Positions 19,581 through 29,821 of a stretch of 64,000 nucleotides of DNA are shown one piece after another. Under the pieces are notes generated by a model. That model made no database searches. It was not told the DNA's origin and was given only the letters and a program-made list of their open reading frames with translations. How positions within the stretch are numbered: position 1 is the first letter of the stretch; every line of letters starts with the position of its first letter. A program made the translations under genes and the position numbers. Source of the DNA: a bacterium (GTDB taxonomy: Bacteria > Electryoneota > RPQS01); the NCBI GenBank assembly GCA_013360195.1, contig JABWCQ010000002.1, positions 62,932-126,931 of the forward strand. The letters are read 5' to 3'.

Positions 19581-20339
19581 TTGCAAAGAGTAGGATCGAT
19601 AGCCTGTAAGGCCAGGCTCACACCTTGCGTTTTGCTGGTTTGTACTACTGCATTCTTTGTGAGTGCAACTGCGAGCAACTCATGGGAAGACTTGGCCGTT
19701 TTAGTAATTGTTTGCAGTCTATCTTACATCTGCCTGGGTGTTAGCGCAAATCGATTGGCTAAGGGATTGCGAGCAGCGTGGACTCTTCTATTGTTGGCAA
19801 CTGGATTCCACTTAGGATTCAGAATCATAAACGATCTCGTCATTGCTCGCACAGAGTTGGATTTAGGTACGGCATCAACTGAAACAACCTTCTTTCTGCT
19901 TCGAATTTTGTTGCTTATTGCAATGTCGGTGCTTGTGCTTTCCAAGCATTCACCTGCCGTTTATGCAGAATCAGTGCTGCGACGTTTGAGACCCATTCTT
20001 GGACCACAACTGGCAAACAGCACAAGTCATGTGACGCTGATTTCACTCGCGCTTCTCCCACAGATACAGGAACATGCACGGCTTCGTCAATTGGCCAGGG
20101 AAATTCGCGGTATCAATAGTGGGCGAGTTTCCGCATTTCGTGTCAACGCGTTCAGGCAGGAGTTGATAGCCATGCTGCGCTTCGCGATTGATTTTGCAGC
20201 AACTGTGGCCATTGTTTTGTGGTCAAGAGGTTTTACACCCGCCGCTAGATTTCCCACAAGACAATTGGATTCGAATGGTACAGGGATCTTTGCGGCAATT
20301 TTCTTTTGCGCATCGTGCCTATACACCCTATTGAACTAG
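19581..20339 (+). CDS. polytopic membrane protein, possible ECF-transporter T component (CbiQ/EcfT-like)
   Basis: ~5-6 predicted TM helices and an Arg-rich cytoplasmic loop; lies immediately upstream of truA as ecfT does in many Firmicutes; weak motif evidence only. Confidence 0.3.
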   Translation: MQRVGSIACKARLTPCVLLVCTTAFFVSATASNSWEDLAVLVIVCSLSYICLGVSANRLAKGLRAAWTLLLLATGFHLGFRIINDLVIARTELDLGTASTETTFFLLRILLLIAMSVLVLSKHSPAVYAESVLRRLRPILGPQLANSTSHVTLISLALLPQIQEHARLRQLAREIRGINSGRVSAFRVNAFRQELIAMLRFAIDFAATVAIVLWSRGFTPAARFPTRQLDSNGTGIFAAIFFCASCLYTLLN

Positions 20340-21115
20340 CCGACAAATTGGTCAGGAGCGGTGACAAGTACCGCTACCGGCTTGATTTACAGTATGATGG
20401 AACTGAGTTCAGCGGAATGCAGTGGCAGCCGCGCAAAAGGACAGTTCAAAAATGCCTAGAGGATGCACTGGAAATTCTTTTTTGCTCGAAAGTGAGAGTT
20501 ATCACTTCGAGTAGAACCGATGCCGGTGTCCATGCGGAAAGGCAAGTTGTGCATTTTGATTCAGCCAAATGGCGAAAGCCAAGCTCTATTGTCAGAGCTT
20601 GCAATGTGACTCTCCCTCCTGATATTCGTATTGTTCACGCGGAGGAGGTCGACGCAGGATTTCACGCACGTTTTTCAGCAAAGTGGCGTGCTTACCGCTA
20701 TCAAATTGCGCAAGTTCCCGTAGCCATTGGGCGGCAGTTTGTATGGCAGTATTTCAAGCAGGTTGACACTCCACGTCTTTGTAGTCTTGCCGGAGTGATC
20801 ATTGGGAATCACAATTTTACGGCATTTGCACACGAGAGTCCTACCGAGAAGCATAATTATGAGTGCACTGTCTATCGGTCGGAGTGGCGTCAAGTGGGGG
20901 ATCTTCTTCAGTACGAAATCGATGCCTCCCGTTATGTCCACGGCATGGTGCGTATGCTTGTTGGGACTATGATTGACATTGCTTCTGGCCGCGAGAATAT
21001 GTTGGATTTTGATAAGATCATGAAATCCATGGACAACAGATTCGCCGGTACCAAAGCCCCCCCAAGCGGTCTTACTCTTTCAAGGATTGCATACCGTGAG
21101 TGGCCCGATTTCTAA
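20306..21115 (+). CDS. truA: tRNA pseudouridine(38-40) synthase
   Basis: 'YRYRLDLQYDGTEFSGMQWQ', catalytic 'SSRTDAGVHAERQVVHFD'; the true start is probably a non-ATG codon near 20360-20380, since the 20306 ATG overlaps the upstream ORF. Confidence 0.8.
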   Translation: MRIVPIHPIELADKLVRSGDKYRYRLDLQYDGTEFSGMQWQPRKRTVQKCLEDALEILFCSKVRVITSSRTDAGVHAERQVVHFDSAKWRKPSSIVRACNVTLPPDIRIVHAEEVDAGFHARFSAKWRAYRYQIAQVPVAIGRQFVWQYFKQVDTPRLCSLAGVIIGNHNFTAFAHESPTEKHNYECTVYRSEWRQVGDLLQYEIDASRYVHGMVRMLVGTMIDIASGRENMLDFDKIMKSMDNRFAGTKAPPSGLTLSRIAYREWPDF

Positions 21116-22388
21116 ACAACGGACCAATTTGAATAAGTTCATTCAGTTTTTCGTCGTTGGGCTGATTGCCGGTGCAGTTGTATTGTGGGTTGTTCAACGT
21201 GATTTGGAACACAAGAGCGCTATCACTGAGCTGTCACTGAAGTTGGACAGTCTTCAGTGGCTTCTATCAGTCGAGTCCGGCATGGGAACTGTACGTAGTG
21301 GCGACGTTATGGACAGTCCACCTGACATTCAAGAGAGAATATTCAACTCTCGGGAAAACGCACTAACACGAGCGATAGCGCGTACATCGGACGCAGTTGT
21401 AGGAATCAGTGTCGATCAAGTGACAGAGGTGCAAAATCCGTTTGTACCAAGAGATCCTTTGTTTCGAATGTTTCTGGATGAGCGATACTGGCCGCGGACA
21501 GTTCGCAAACAAGCGTCCGGTCTTGGTTCAGGATTTATTGTATCGCCAGATGGCTTTATTGTAACAAATGAGCATGTCGTGAAGAACGCCACTTCTGTGA
21601 CCGTAACGACAACGGCAGGAAACAAATACACGGCAAAGATTGTTGGTACTGACGAGCTTCTGGATATGGCGCTGCTCAAGATTGAGGACACGAATCTCCC
21701 ATTCATAGAATGGGCAAACAGCGATGAGGCGATTGTCGGCGAATGGGTCGTGGCGATTGGAAATCCATATGGATTGTTTGATGTGAATGATCAGCCTTCA
21801 GTAGCAGTTGGCGTAATCTCAGCTCTTAATAGAGACTTTGAACGCGACTCGGATGGTCGGCTGTATACAGACATGATTCAGACAGATGCCGCGATCAATC
21901 GCGGAAACTCTGGTGGACCGCTAATTGATGCGGAAGGCCGAGCCATTGGAATGAACTCCCTGATTTTCACCGAAACTGGTGGATCAGTAGGAATTGGTTT
22001 TGCGATTCCGTCTAATCGCATTGTGAACGCGATCGAAGATCTGGTTAAGGGTGGTGTGGACAGAAACTATTGGCTTGGAATTCGAGCTAATGATCTTCGC
22101 GGAGTCATGTGGAAAATGCTGAATCTAGCCGAGAATCGGGGAGCTGTTGTTACCGGAGTTGATCCCGGAAGTCCGGCTGACCGCGCAGACATAAAGGTCG
22201 AAGACGTGATATTGTCAATTAACAATCGCGAAATCCGCAATTCGCAGGACGCTAAGGACTTTATGAATAATACGGACTTGCGCGTTGGTGATAAATTGAC
22301 CTTTCAAGTGAGCCGACGGGGAAAGATCATGACCAAGGAAGTTGAGTTGATTCCTATTCCAAAGATAAGAACTTATATACCAGGATGA
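21087..22388 (+). CDS. htrA: HtrA/DegP-family serine endoprotease with a PDZ domain
   Basis: N-terminal TM anchor, catalytic triad context 'VTNEHVV', 'DMALLKI', 'GNSGGPL', C-terminal PDZ 'GAVVTGVDPGSPADRADIKVEDVIL'. Confidence 0.85.
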   Translation: MHTVSGPISKQRTNLNKFIQFFVVGLIAGAVVLWVVQRDLEHKSAITELSLKLDSLQWLLSVESGMGTVRSGDVMDSPPDIQERIFNSRENALTRAIARTSDAVVGISVDQVTEVQNPFVPRDPLFRMFLDERYWPRTVRKQASGLGSGFIVSPDGFIVTNEHVVKNATSVTVTTTAGNKYTAKIVGTDELLDMALLKIEDTNLPFIEWANSDEAIVGEWVVAIGNPYGLFDVNDQPSVAVGVISALNRDFERDSDGRLYTDMIQTDAAINRGNSGGPLIDAEGRAIGMNSLIFTETGGSVGIGFAIPSNRIVNAIEDLVKGGVDRNYWLGIRANDLRGVMWKMLNLAENRGAVVTGVDPGSPADRADIKVEDVILSINNREIRNSQDAKDFMNNTDLRVGDKLTFQVSRRGKIMTKEVELIPIPKIRTYIPG

Positions 22389-23683
22389 TAACGCGATATT
22401 CTCGAGAGCCGATGGCATCAATTTGGACAGAGAACGCAAGATACGAGAGTTGGCTGCGAGTTGAGCTTGCTGCGCTGCAGGTTCGTGCAGAGAGAGGGGA
22501 AGTTGACGCTGAAATCGTAAGCCAGATTGCGGAGTCTGCGCGTTACACCCTTGAAGAAATTCACGAAGTAGAGTCCGAAGTTCATCATGATGTCATTGCT
22601 TTTCTTACCGTAGTTGCCAGATATGTTGGAGACAATTCGCGATTCATTCACCTTGGTCTTACATCTTCAGATATAGTTGACACCGCGTTCGCTCTGCAAA
22701 TCAAGAGTGCTGGCATCCTTCTTCTCGAGGACATAGTTGCCTTGCAAATAGTCCTCCGGCGGCGCGCACTGGAATTCAGACGAACGCCTACCGTGGGCAG
22801 AACTCATGGGATACACGCGGAACCGACGGTGTTCGGGCTCAAGTTTGCGCTCTGGGCGGATGAGTTCTCACGGCATGAAACAAGATTGCGTGAGACCATG
22901 GCCAGAGTTGTTGTTGGAAAGCTATCAGGTGCTGTAGGAAACTACGGCCATACGGATCCGCAGATGGAAGAGCGGGTCATGGAAGTACTGGGAATTTCGG
23001 CAGCACCGATTTCTACTCAAGTTGTAAGTCGCGACTTGCACGCAGAATTTCTAGGTCTTTGCGCACTTATTGGTGGTACGATTGAAAAAGTAGCGGTTGA
23101 GATTCGACACCTTCAGCGCACGGAAGTCAGTGAAGCTTTTGAGCCGTTTGGGGCAAATCAAAAAGGCTCGTCTGCAATGCCGCATAAACGGAATCCAATA
23201 TTGAGCGAGCGTCTTACAGGAATGGCAAGGATGTTGCGCGGGTATGCAATTGTCGGATTGGAGAACATCGCATTGTGGCATGAACGGGACATTTCCCATT
23301 CTTCAACTGAACGAGTTGTTTTTCCTGACGCATGTATAGTGCTTGATTATATGCTACATCTCCTACTTAAAGTGATCGATGGACTGGAAGTGGATGTTGA
23401 ACAACTCGCAAGGACACTGGATGCGACACACGGTGCACTTGCATCCGAGAAGGTATTACATGCGCTGATTGAGAAAGGCTGGCTTCGTGAAGACGCATAC
23501 GCCGTTGTGCAGCGCTCAGCGCAAGCTTCGATCACGCAGAAACGGCCAATGCACGAGGTTCTCTGTAAAGTCAATTCTGTGGTGAACGCATTAGGCACCG
23601 AGACCATAGAAAAATTGGTACAGCTGGAACCTAACTACGACATGGCGGATCGCATTTTGAAGCGACTAGGTATCGCGGAATAG
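22385..23683 (+). CDS. purB: adenylosuccinate lyase
   Basis: 'RYSREPMASIWTE', fumarate-lyase signature 'GSSAMPHKRNP'. Confidence 0.9.
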   Translation: MITRYSREPMASIWTENARYESWLRVELAALQVRAERGEVDAEIVSQIAESARYTLEEIHEVESEVHHDVIAFLTVVARYVGDNSRFIHLGLTSSDIVDTAFALQIKSAGILLLEDIVALQIVLRRRALEFRRTPTVGRTHGIHAEPTVFGLKFALWADEFSRHETRLRETMARVVVGKLSGAVGNYGHTDPQMEERVMEVLGISAAPISTQVVSRDLHAEFLGLCALIGGTIEKVAVEIRHLQRTEVSEAFEPFGANQKGSSAMPHKRNPILSERLTGMARMLRGYAIVGLENIALWHERDISHSSTERVVFPDACIVLDYMLHLLLKVIDGLEVDVEQLARTLDATHGALASEKVLHALIEKGWLREDAYAVVQRSAQASITQKRPMHEVLCKVNSVVNALGTETIEKLVQLEPNYDMADRILKRLGIAE

Positions 23684-23694
23684 CAGAGGCTTAG

Positions 23695-24411
23695 ATGAAC
23701 CTTGAAAAACTTGAACTTTTGGTTCAGGGCACGTCCAAAAAGCTGTTCGCCACGAATCGGCCAAGTTATGCGATTCTGGAGTTCACAGACGAAGCGGGAA
23801 ATCCTAGAGACACACGCAAGACATCGTTCGCCGGTAAGGGTGAGATCAATTGTGGTGTATCTAGCTTTCTTTTTCAATACTTAGAGAATTATCATGTCCC
23901 GACACACTTTGTCGAACGCCAATCCTCCACAGACATGGCCGTGCGTCGAGTTGAGATGTTTGACATCAAGGCAATAGTATATAATGTTGCTACGGGTGAG
24001 TTTGCACGGAGATTTCGACTTGATGACGGTCGTCCACTTGACTACCCAGTTGTTGAGTACTTTCTGAAGGATCCCGCGCTTAATAACCCGATGGTCAACG
24101 AAAGTCATGCCGTCGCGCTTGGATATGGCCGCTCCGATGATTTGAGAACTATGCAGCGAATTGCAACTAAAACCAACGCTGTTCTGAAATCTCTGTTTGA
24201 AAGGCGCGGACTTCTTCTGGTCGAGTTTGAACTTGAGTTTGGCGACGCCGGTGATCATTTGTGCATAGGCGATGAATTGACGGCTGACACTATTCGGGTC
24301 TGGGATAGGAAAACGAATCGAAAGCTTGATCGTGATCGCGCTCTGCAGGACCAGGCCGGAGTTGAACGCGCATACAGAGAACTACTAGAACGGCTGACAA
24401 GCGCAACTTAA
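23695..24411 (+). CDS. purC: phosphoribosylaminoimidazole-succinocarboxamide synthase
   Basis: 238 aa, 'LLVQGTSKKLFAT', SAICAR-synthase fold pattern, position in the pur cluster. Confidence 0.75.
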   Translation: MNLEKLELLVQGTSKKLFATNRPSYAILEFTDEAGNPRDTRKTSFAGKGEINCGVSSFLFQYLENYHVPTHFVERQSSTDMAVRRVEMFDIKAIVYNVATGEFARRFRLDDGRPLDYPVVEYFLKDPALNNPMVNESHAVALGYGRSDDLRTMQRIATKTNAVLKSLFERRGLLLVEFELEFGDAGDHLCIGDELTADTIRVWDRKTNRKLDRDRALQDQAGVERAYRELLERLTSAT

Positions 24412-24413
24412 CA

Positions 24414-25046
24414 ATGAAGTTTGCACGCGAAGCATGGCCGATTGTAATACCGGTAGCCATTATCGGTTCGGCATTGATCGCCTTGAATGCGGTGACTCAA
24501 GGCACTTTGCTAGGTGTCATTGGTTTTTCCGCGATCGTACTTGCGGTTGGTGTTCTACTTTTTTTTCGCGATCCGGAGCGGTATCCACCTGTAAATGACA
24601 ACTCAGTTGTATCTCCTGCTGACGGAGTTGTGGTTGATGCACAAGTCTTAATGGATGGTCAACGGTTGATTGCTGTGTTTCTCTCCGTTTTCGACGTGCA
24701 CGTAAATAGGTCACCTTATGCAGGAGTTGTGAAGGACGTAAAGAGGACTCCGGGCACCTATCTGCATGCGAATTCCGCCGCCGGAATCAAAGGAAATGAG
24801 CGAGTCGAAGTCTTGCTGGAAACTGCTCACGGTTTGGTGAGTTTTACCCAACTTTCCGGGCTTGTCGCCCGGAAGATAAGCTGCAGGATTACCAAAGGCG
24901 ATGTGCTAAAGACAGGTGACAGGTATGGACTCATATATTTTGGATCCAGAATGGAACTCATACTACCTGCAACTGCGAAGATCTGCGTCCGGAATGGAGA
25001 CCGAGTCAAGGCTGGCGAAACAGTTGTGGCATTGTTCGAAAGTTAA
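24414..25046 (+). CDS. psd: phosphatidylserine decarboxylase proenzyme (short archaeal-type)
   Basis: Membrane N-terminus, C-terminal 'IYFGSRMELILP' containing the GS(T) self-cleavage site; adjacent to pssA. Confidence 0.7.
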   Translation: MKFAREAWPIVIPVAIIGSALIALNAVTQGTLLGVIGFSAIVLAVGVLLFFRDPERYPPVNDNSVVSPADGVVVDAQVLMDGQRLIAVFLSVFDVHVNRSPYAGVVKDVKRTPGTYLHANSAAGIKGNERVEVLLETAHGLVSFTQLSGLVARKISCRITKGDVLKTGDRYGLIYFGSRMELILPATAKICVRNGDRVKAGETVVALFES

Positions 25047-25067
25047 CCAGATTCATTAGGAGAATTC

Positions 25068-25811
25068 TTGCGGCATCTCGCAAACATATTAACTTCGCTG
25101 AATCTTGTATTCGGTTTCACGTCAATGATGCTTTCTGTCGATGGTCACATTGTCGGAGCAGCATGGCTTATTGCGCTTGCCGTTGTAATGGACGCGTTTG
25201 ATGGAAAAGCAGCAAGATTCTTTGGAGCGTCATCACCACTTGGGCTTCAGTTTGATTCTTTGGCAGACGTAGTGTCAATGGGAGTAGCCCCATCACTACT
25301 TTGTTATTCTGCTGCATTTCGAGACCAATCGGAATATGGCATGATTGTCTGCACAATTCCTGTACTTGCTGCGGCCTACAGATTAGCTAGATTCAATGTT
25401 CGTGCGGCGTCGCGATCACCGGGTTACGAAGGACTAACGTCTCCTTTGCATGCGTGCTTAGTCTCCACGTACATATTGATGAATTATGCAATTTGGGACG
25501 AGGTAATGTATGTGCAAGTCCTGACTAGCTTATTGATTCTCACATCTGTCTTAATGATTAGTAAACTGCCCTTTGCAGGTCTGCCGCGATTTTCACTACG
25601 CGAGCAGGGCAAGAACACGGCAAAGCTGGTCGTACTTGCTGGCTCAATTGCTGTTGGCGTCATTAATCCGCCACTATTCGCATTTCCCGTCGTGGTCCTC
25701 TTGTGCCTCCTATCTCTGACATTTGGATTCTTGCACATAAGACGACACATTCATGTCTTGGAGGATGATGAGGCAACAGAATCGCTAAATACAGGATGGA
25801 AAAAGCCGTGA
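25068..25811 (+). CDS. pssA: CDP-diacylglycerol--serine O-phosphatidyltransferase
   Basis: CDP-alcohol phosphatidyltransferase motif 'DAFDGKAARFFGASSPLGLQFDSLADVVSMGVAP' (D-G-x2-A-R...G-x3-D-x3-D). Confidence 0.8.
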   Translation: MRHLANILTSLNLVFGFTSMMLSVDGHIVGAAWLIALAVVMDAFDGKAARFFGASSPLGLQFDSLADVVSMGVAPSLLCYSAAFRDQSEYGMIVCTIPVLAAAYRLARFNVRAASRSPGYEGLTSPLHACLVSTYILMNYAIWDEVMYVQVLTSLLILTSVLMISKLPFAGLPRFSLREQGKNTAKLVVLAGSIAVGVINPPLFAFPVVVLLCLLSLTFGFLHIRRHIHVLEDDEATESLNTGWKKP

Positions 25812-26047
25812 ACGCGAAAGTATATGTCAAACTTAGGGAGGATGTCCTTGATCCGCAGGGTCAGGCGATTCATCAGTTACTGGAGCAACGTGGTTACTCC
25901 CAAATAAGTAACGTAAGAGTTGGCAAGGTAATTGAGTTTGAGCTTGGCGAGGTAGCTCATGATGAAGGTGTACGTATGCTCACAGAGATCTCAGACAAAT
26001 TGTTGTCAAATCCTGTCATTGAATCATATGAGATAGAGATAAAGTGA
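25796..26047 (+). CDS. purS: phosphoribosylformylglycinamidine synthase subunit PurS
   Basis: 83 aa, 'KVYVKLREDVLDPQGQAIHQLLEQRGY'. Confidence 0.85.
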   Translation: MEKAVNAKVYVKLREDVLDPQGQAIHQLLEQRGYSQISNVRVGKVIEFELGEVAHDEGVRMLTEISDKLLSNPVIESYEIEIK

Positions 26048-26754
26048 GTATTGCCGTCATTACTTTCCCCGGCTCCAACTGCGATCGGGACTGCCTGCAC
26101 GTTTTGCGCAACATTGTTGGGTCGCCTGCGGAATTGGTATTTCACAAAGAAACTAGTCTTGACGGGTTCACCGGAGTATTAATCCCTGGCGGTTTCTCTT
26201 ACGGGGACTATTTACGCGCGGGTGCATTAGCGAAAATCTCGCCCATAATGACTGCGATACGCCGCTTCGCCGAGGAGGGAGGGCCTGTTCTTGGCATATG
26301 CAACGGATTTCAAATACTTTGCGAGGCCGGACTATTGCCCGGCGCTTTGATGTTAAATAGAAATCTTAGATTCATCTCAAGATGGGTTGAGATGAAAGTG
26401 GAAAACTCTGATTCGATTTTTACGCGAAGTTACTGGACAGGTCAAATCGTACGAATGCCGATTGCACATGCCGAAGGGAATTTCACTGCAGAATCAAGCA
26501 CAATTGAGCGATTGTTATCGGATAAACGGATTGTTTTCACGTATTGTGGTCCTGCGAGAAGCGATTCTCCTGACGGAAATCCCAATGGAAGTCTGCGGAG
26601 CATTGCTGGAATAGTGAATGACTCTGGAAATGTACTCGGAATGATGCCCCATCCAGATCGCGCTTCGGAAGCTATTCTCGGTTCCACGGACGGCTTGCCA
26701 TTGCTCAGATCTCTTGCCGAAGCCGCGGTTGGCAACTCTTTGATTAGACTGTGA
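26044..26754 (+). CDS. purQ: phosphoribosylformylglycinamidine synthase subunit PurQ (glutaminase)
   Basis: 'IAVITFPGSNCDRD', 'GICNGFQIL' catalytic Cys, 'MPHPDR'. Confidence 0.9.
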   Translation: MSIAVITFPGSNCDRDCLHVLRNIVGSPAELVFHKETSLDGFTGVLIPGGFSYGDYLRAGALAKISPIMTAIRRFAEEGGPVLGICNGFQILCEAGLLPGALMLNRNLRFISRWVEMKVENSDSIFTRSYWTGQIVRMPIAHAEGNFTAESSTIERLLSDKRIVFTYCGPARSDSPDGNPNGSLRSIAGIVNDSGNVLGMMPHPDRASEAILGSTDGLPLLRSLAEAAVGNSLIRL

Positions 26755-26760
26755 TGAAAA

Positions 26761-27030
26761 ATGGGACTGGGAGCTAGTGAATTACTTCTCGTGCTGCTCG
26801 TTGTCCTGCTTCTTTTCGGGGGCAAACGATTACCGGACACTGCACGACAGCTGGGACGAGGCATCTCTGAGTTAAGGCGATCGTATATTGAGATTAAGCG
26901 AGAAGTTACCGGTCCAGCCAAGTTCAATGATGCTGGCAAGACACCAATAAAAGACAAGAATGCTTCAACGGCTTCCCAGTCCCTCGGAGATTCGTCAGAA
27001 TCCCCGCCGATTGCCAAACATAGTCAGTAA
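26761..27030 (+). CDS. tatA: twin-arginine translocase subunit TatA/E
   Basis: '[40 protein letters not shown]' TM helix + amphipathic helix. Confidence 0.8.
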   Translation: MGLGASELLLVLLVVLLLFGGKRLPDTARQLGRGISELRRSYIEIKREVTGPAKFNDAGKTPIKDKNASTASQSLGDSSESPPIAKHSQ

Positions 27031-28384
27031 GTCACTTGCGACCGCGCGGGAGCTGGGTACCTTAGGTGCCTTCCTGACATTGCTTGACGAGCGCGCTCTT
27101 CAATCTTCCGTTGAAGTGTCCGAGAAGTTGGCCAATGGTGAGCATCTTCCGCTCGGCGGGTTCATTGTTGCCGTGAAAGACAACATTTCGGTCAAGGGTG
27201 TTCCGTTAACGTGCGGTTCTAGAATACTTGGCAAGCATCTTTCTACTTTTTCAGCAACGGCAATAGAAAGACTCGAAGCGGCGGGTGCCGTGGTGCTTGC
27301 CAAAACAAACCTTGACGAATTTGCAATGGGTTCCTCGAATGAGAACTCTGCATTTGGTCCAGTATCGAATCCATTCGATCCATCCAGGGTTCCCGGAGGT
27401 TCGTCAGGAGGAAGTGCGGTCGCTGTCTCAGCCGGGATATGTCATGTCTCACTTGGCAGCGAAACCGGCGGAAGCGTTCGCCAACCAGCCTCGTTCTGCG
27501 GCATCTGCGGATTGAAACCAACATACGGGAGAGTGTCAAGATACGGATTAGTAGCGTTTGGCTCAAGTCTCGACCAGATTTCTCCTTTTGCAAGAAATTG
27601 CAGCGACTTGTACGATGTCTTTCGCGTGATTGCCGGAGCTGACCCGCGAGATGCAACCACCAAGAATACTGACGTACCGATAACCAAGGAATTAAGTGAG
27701 ACAAAACGCAAACTTAGGATTGGGGTGATTCGTGATTTTGTTGAACATGATGCATTGGAATTGGAGGTAGTATCTTCCCTAAGGGATTGCATTTCTCGTC
27801 TAACTGCCAATGGACATGAAATTATTGAACTTCAGCTTCCTAGCCTTGGATACTCAATCCCAGTGTACTATATAGTCGCGCCGGCCGAAGCAAGCTCAAA
27901 TTTGGCAAGATTTGATGGCGTTCGTTACGGCTACAGGCACCCTGAAGCAACAGATTTAGCTTCTGTCTATGACTTAACGCGCGAGTGTGGGTTTGGCGCC
28001 GAAGTCAGGCGCCGTATCATGTTAGGAACGTACGTGTTGTCTTCTGGTTTCTACGATTCCTACTATATGACGGCATTGCGAGTTCGAGCCAAAATTGCCA
28101 AAGAGTTGTCACATGCACTTCAAAGCGTCGATGTACTTTTAACTCCCACAACCCCTACAACGGCGTTCTATCAAGGAGAAAAGCTTGATGACCCGCTGTC
28201 TATGTACTTGTCTGACATTTTCACAGTCCCCGCTAGTTTAGCAGGTATTCCCGCTGTCTCGGTTCCATGGTCTAAGGACGGCAAGGGACTTCCAATTGGC
28301 ATTCAGCTGATGGCAAACTACTTTTGCGAGGAACTCCTTCTTTCCACGGGCAAACTCATCGAGAGCATTCGGCCCAAGCAATGA
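26960..28384 (+). CDS. gatA: Glu-tRNA(Gln)/Asp-tRNA(Asn) amidotransferase subunit A
   Basis: Amidase signature '[14 protein letters not shown]', '[21 protein letters not shown]'; the start is uncertain because the 26960 ATG overlaps tatA by 71 nt. Confidence 0.9.
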   Translation: MLQRLPSPSEIRQNPRRLPNIVSKSLATARELGTLGAFLTLLDERALQSSVEVSEKLANGEHLPLGGFIVAVKDNISVKGVPLTCGSRILGKHLSTFSATAIERLEAAGAVVLAKTNLDEFAMGSSNENSAFGPVSNPFDPSRVPGGSSGGSAVAVSAGICHVSLGSETGGSVRQPASFCGICGLKPTYGRVSRYGLVAFGSSLDQISPFARNCSDLYDVFRVIAGADPRDATTKNTDVPITKELSETKRKLRIGVIRDFVEHDALELEVVSSLRDCISRLTANGHEIIELQLPSLGYSIPVYYIVAPAEASSNLARFDGVRYGYRHPEATDLASVYDLTRECGFGAEVRRRIMLGTYVLSSGFYDSYYMTALRVRAKIAKELSHALQSVDVLLTPTTPTTAFYQGEKLDDPLSMYLSDIFTVPASLAGIPAVSVPWSKDGKGLPIGIQLMANYFCEELLLSTGKLIESIRPKQ

Positions 28385-29814
28385 GTCATTACGAGATAGT
28401 TGCCGGACTGGAGGTTCATGCCCAGCTAAATACAAGGACGAAGGCATTTTGCCGTTGCTTAAACCGCTACGGCGCTCCGCCCAATACTCTTGTGTGCCCT
28501 GTTTGCCTTGGTGCACCCGGTGCGTTACCCGTGCTATCCAGGGATGCAGTCGAAAAAGCAGTAAAGCTCGCCAAAGCCATTGGTGCGACCGTTCATTTCC
28601 GGTCACGGTTTGATCGAAAGAACTACTTTTATCCTGATCTTCCAAAAGGCTATCAGATATCGCAATTTGAATTTCCGATAGCAACTGGTGGATTTGTAGA
28701 GATTGCACTTGCAAGCGGATCAAAAAGGATAAACATCACTAGAGCGCACCTTGAAGAGGACGCAGGCAAGTCAATGCACCTGGATGATGGTTCTTCGATA
28801 GTAGACCTTAATCGATGCGGTGTTCCACTTGTTGAAATTGTCACAGAACCTGACTTTTGTTCTGCATCCGAAGCAGGAGCATACTTGTCGACTCTGCGCG
28901 AACTTCTTCGATTCATTGACGTGTGTGATGGAAACATGGATGAGGGGTCGTTGCGCTGTGATGCAAATGTCTCCGTTCGACGCATCGGCGAAAAGAATCT
29001 GCGCGAGCGTTGCGAGATGAAAAATCTGAATTCAATTCGTGGTGTCGAGAAGGCTATCGAGGCAGAAGCTCGGCGTCAGATTGAAATCTATGAAAGCGGT
29101 GGCAGAGTGCACCGTCAGACTTTGCACTGGAATGAACAAGAGGAAAAGCTCTATCCAATGCGAACGAAAGAGGGTGCTGACGATTACCGCTATTTCCCGG
29201 AGTCAGATTTGCCTGAGTTAGTGCTTGATGAAAGCCAATTGCAAAGAATTTACTCGGAGATGCCAGTATTGCCGGGAGCTTTGAGAAAGAAGTACCGCGA
29301 ATGGGGATTAAATGACGAAGCTGTTTATCTAATTGCATCAGATAGGGGATTGAACAGGTACTTCGAATCGTTGCTTGAGAATGGAAGATCTGCAATTAAT
29401 GTCGCATCATGGGTGCAGGGCGATGTACAACGGATTCTGAAGGAAAGGAATATCTCCATCTCTGAGTTTCCAATAACACCGCAAAGATTGGGAAGTTTGA
29501 TCGATGCTGTTGAGTCGGGTCGAATAAATCGGTCGACAGGAAAGGACTTACTCAGAAGAATGCTTGAGGACGAGTCATCAGTAGAAATGCTGATCGAAAA
29601 CCTTGGTGTCACGAGAATTAGTGACAGCAATGAATTGTCAAGTATTGTTCGACAAATTGTCGATCAACACCCCATTGAGCTTCAAAAATATCGCCAGGGA
29701 AAAACAAAGATGATTGGCTTCTTTATGGGCCAGATAATGCAAGAAACTCATGGTCAGGCAGATCCTGTCATAGCCAAGGCCACCTTAATGTCCGTCCTTG
29801 AATTAACGGAATAG
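28381..29814 (+). CDS. gatB: Asp/Glu-tRNA amidotransferase subunit B
   Basis: '[18 protein letters not shown]', 'CPVCLGAPGALP', C-terminal YqeY-like tail; start set at ATG 28381 (ATGA overlap with gatA). Confidence 0.9.
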   Translation: MSHYEIVAGLEVHAQLNTRTKAFCRCLNRYGAPPNTLVCPVCLGAPGALPVLSRDAVEKAVKLAKAIGATVHFRSRFDRKNYFYPDLPKGYQISQFEFPIATGGFVEIALASGSKRINITRAHLEEDAGKSMHLDDGSSIVDLNRCGVPLVEIVTEPDFCSASEAGAYLSTLRELLRFIDVCDGNMDEGSLRCDANVSVRRIGEKNLRERCEMKNLNSIRGVEKAIEAEARRQIEIYESGGRVHRQTLHWNEQEEKLYPMRTKEGADDYRYFPESDLPELVLDESQLQRIYSEMPVLPGALRKKYREWGLNDEAVYLIASDRGLNRYFESLLENGRSAINVASWVQGDVQRILKERNISISEFPITPQRLGSLIDAVESGRINRSTGKDLLRRMLEDESSVEMLIENLGVTRISDSNELSSIVRQIVDQHPIELQKYRQGKTKMIGFFMGQIMQETHGQADPVIAKATLMSVLELTE

Positions 29815-29821
29815 TTCCTCA

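Noticed and set aside
28324-28380. 19-aa N-terminal extension of gatB, and the similar 51891-52090 extension of maf
   Set aside because: The conserved N-termini start at internal codons ([13 protein letters not shown] for GatB; LTLVSSSPRR for Maf), and the extensions overlap the upstream genes in another frame.
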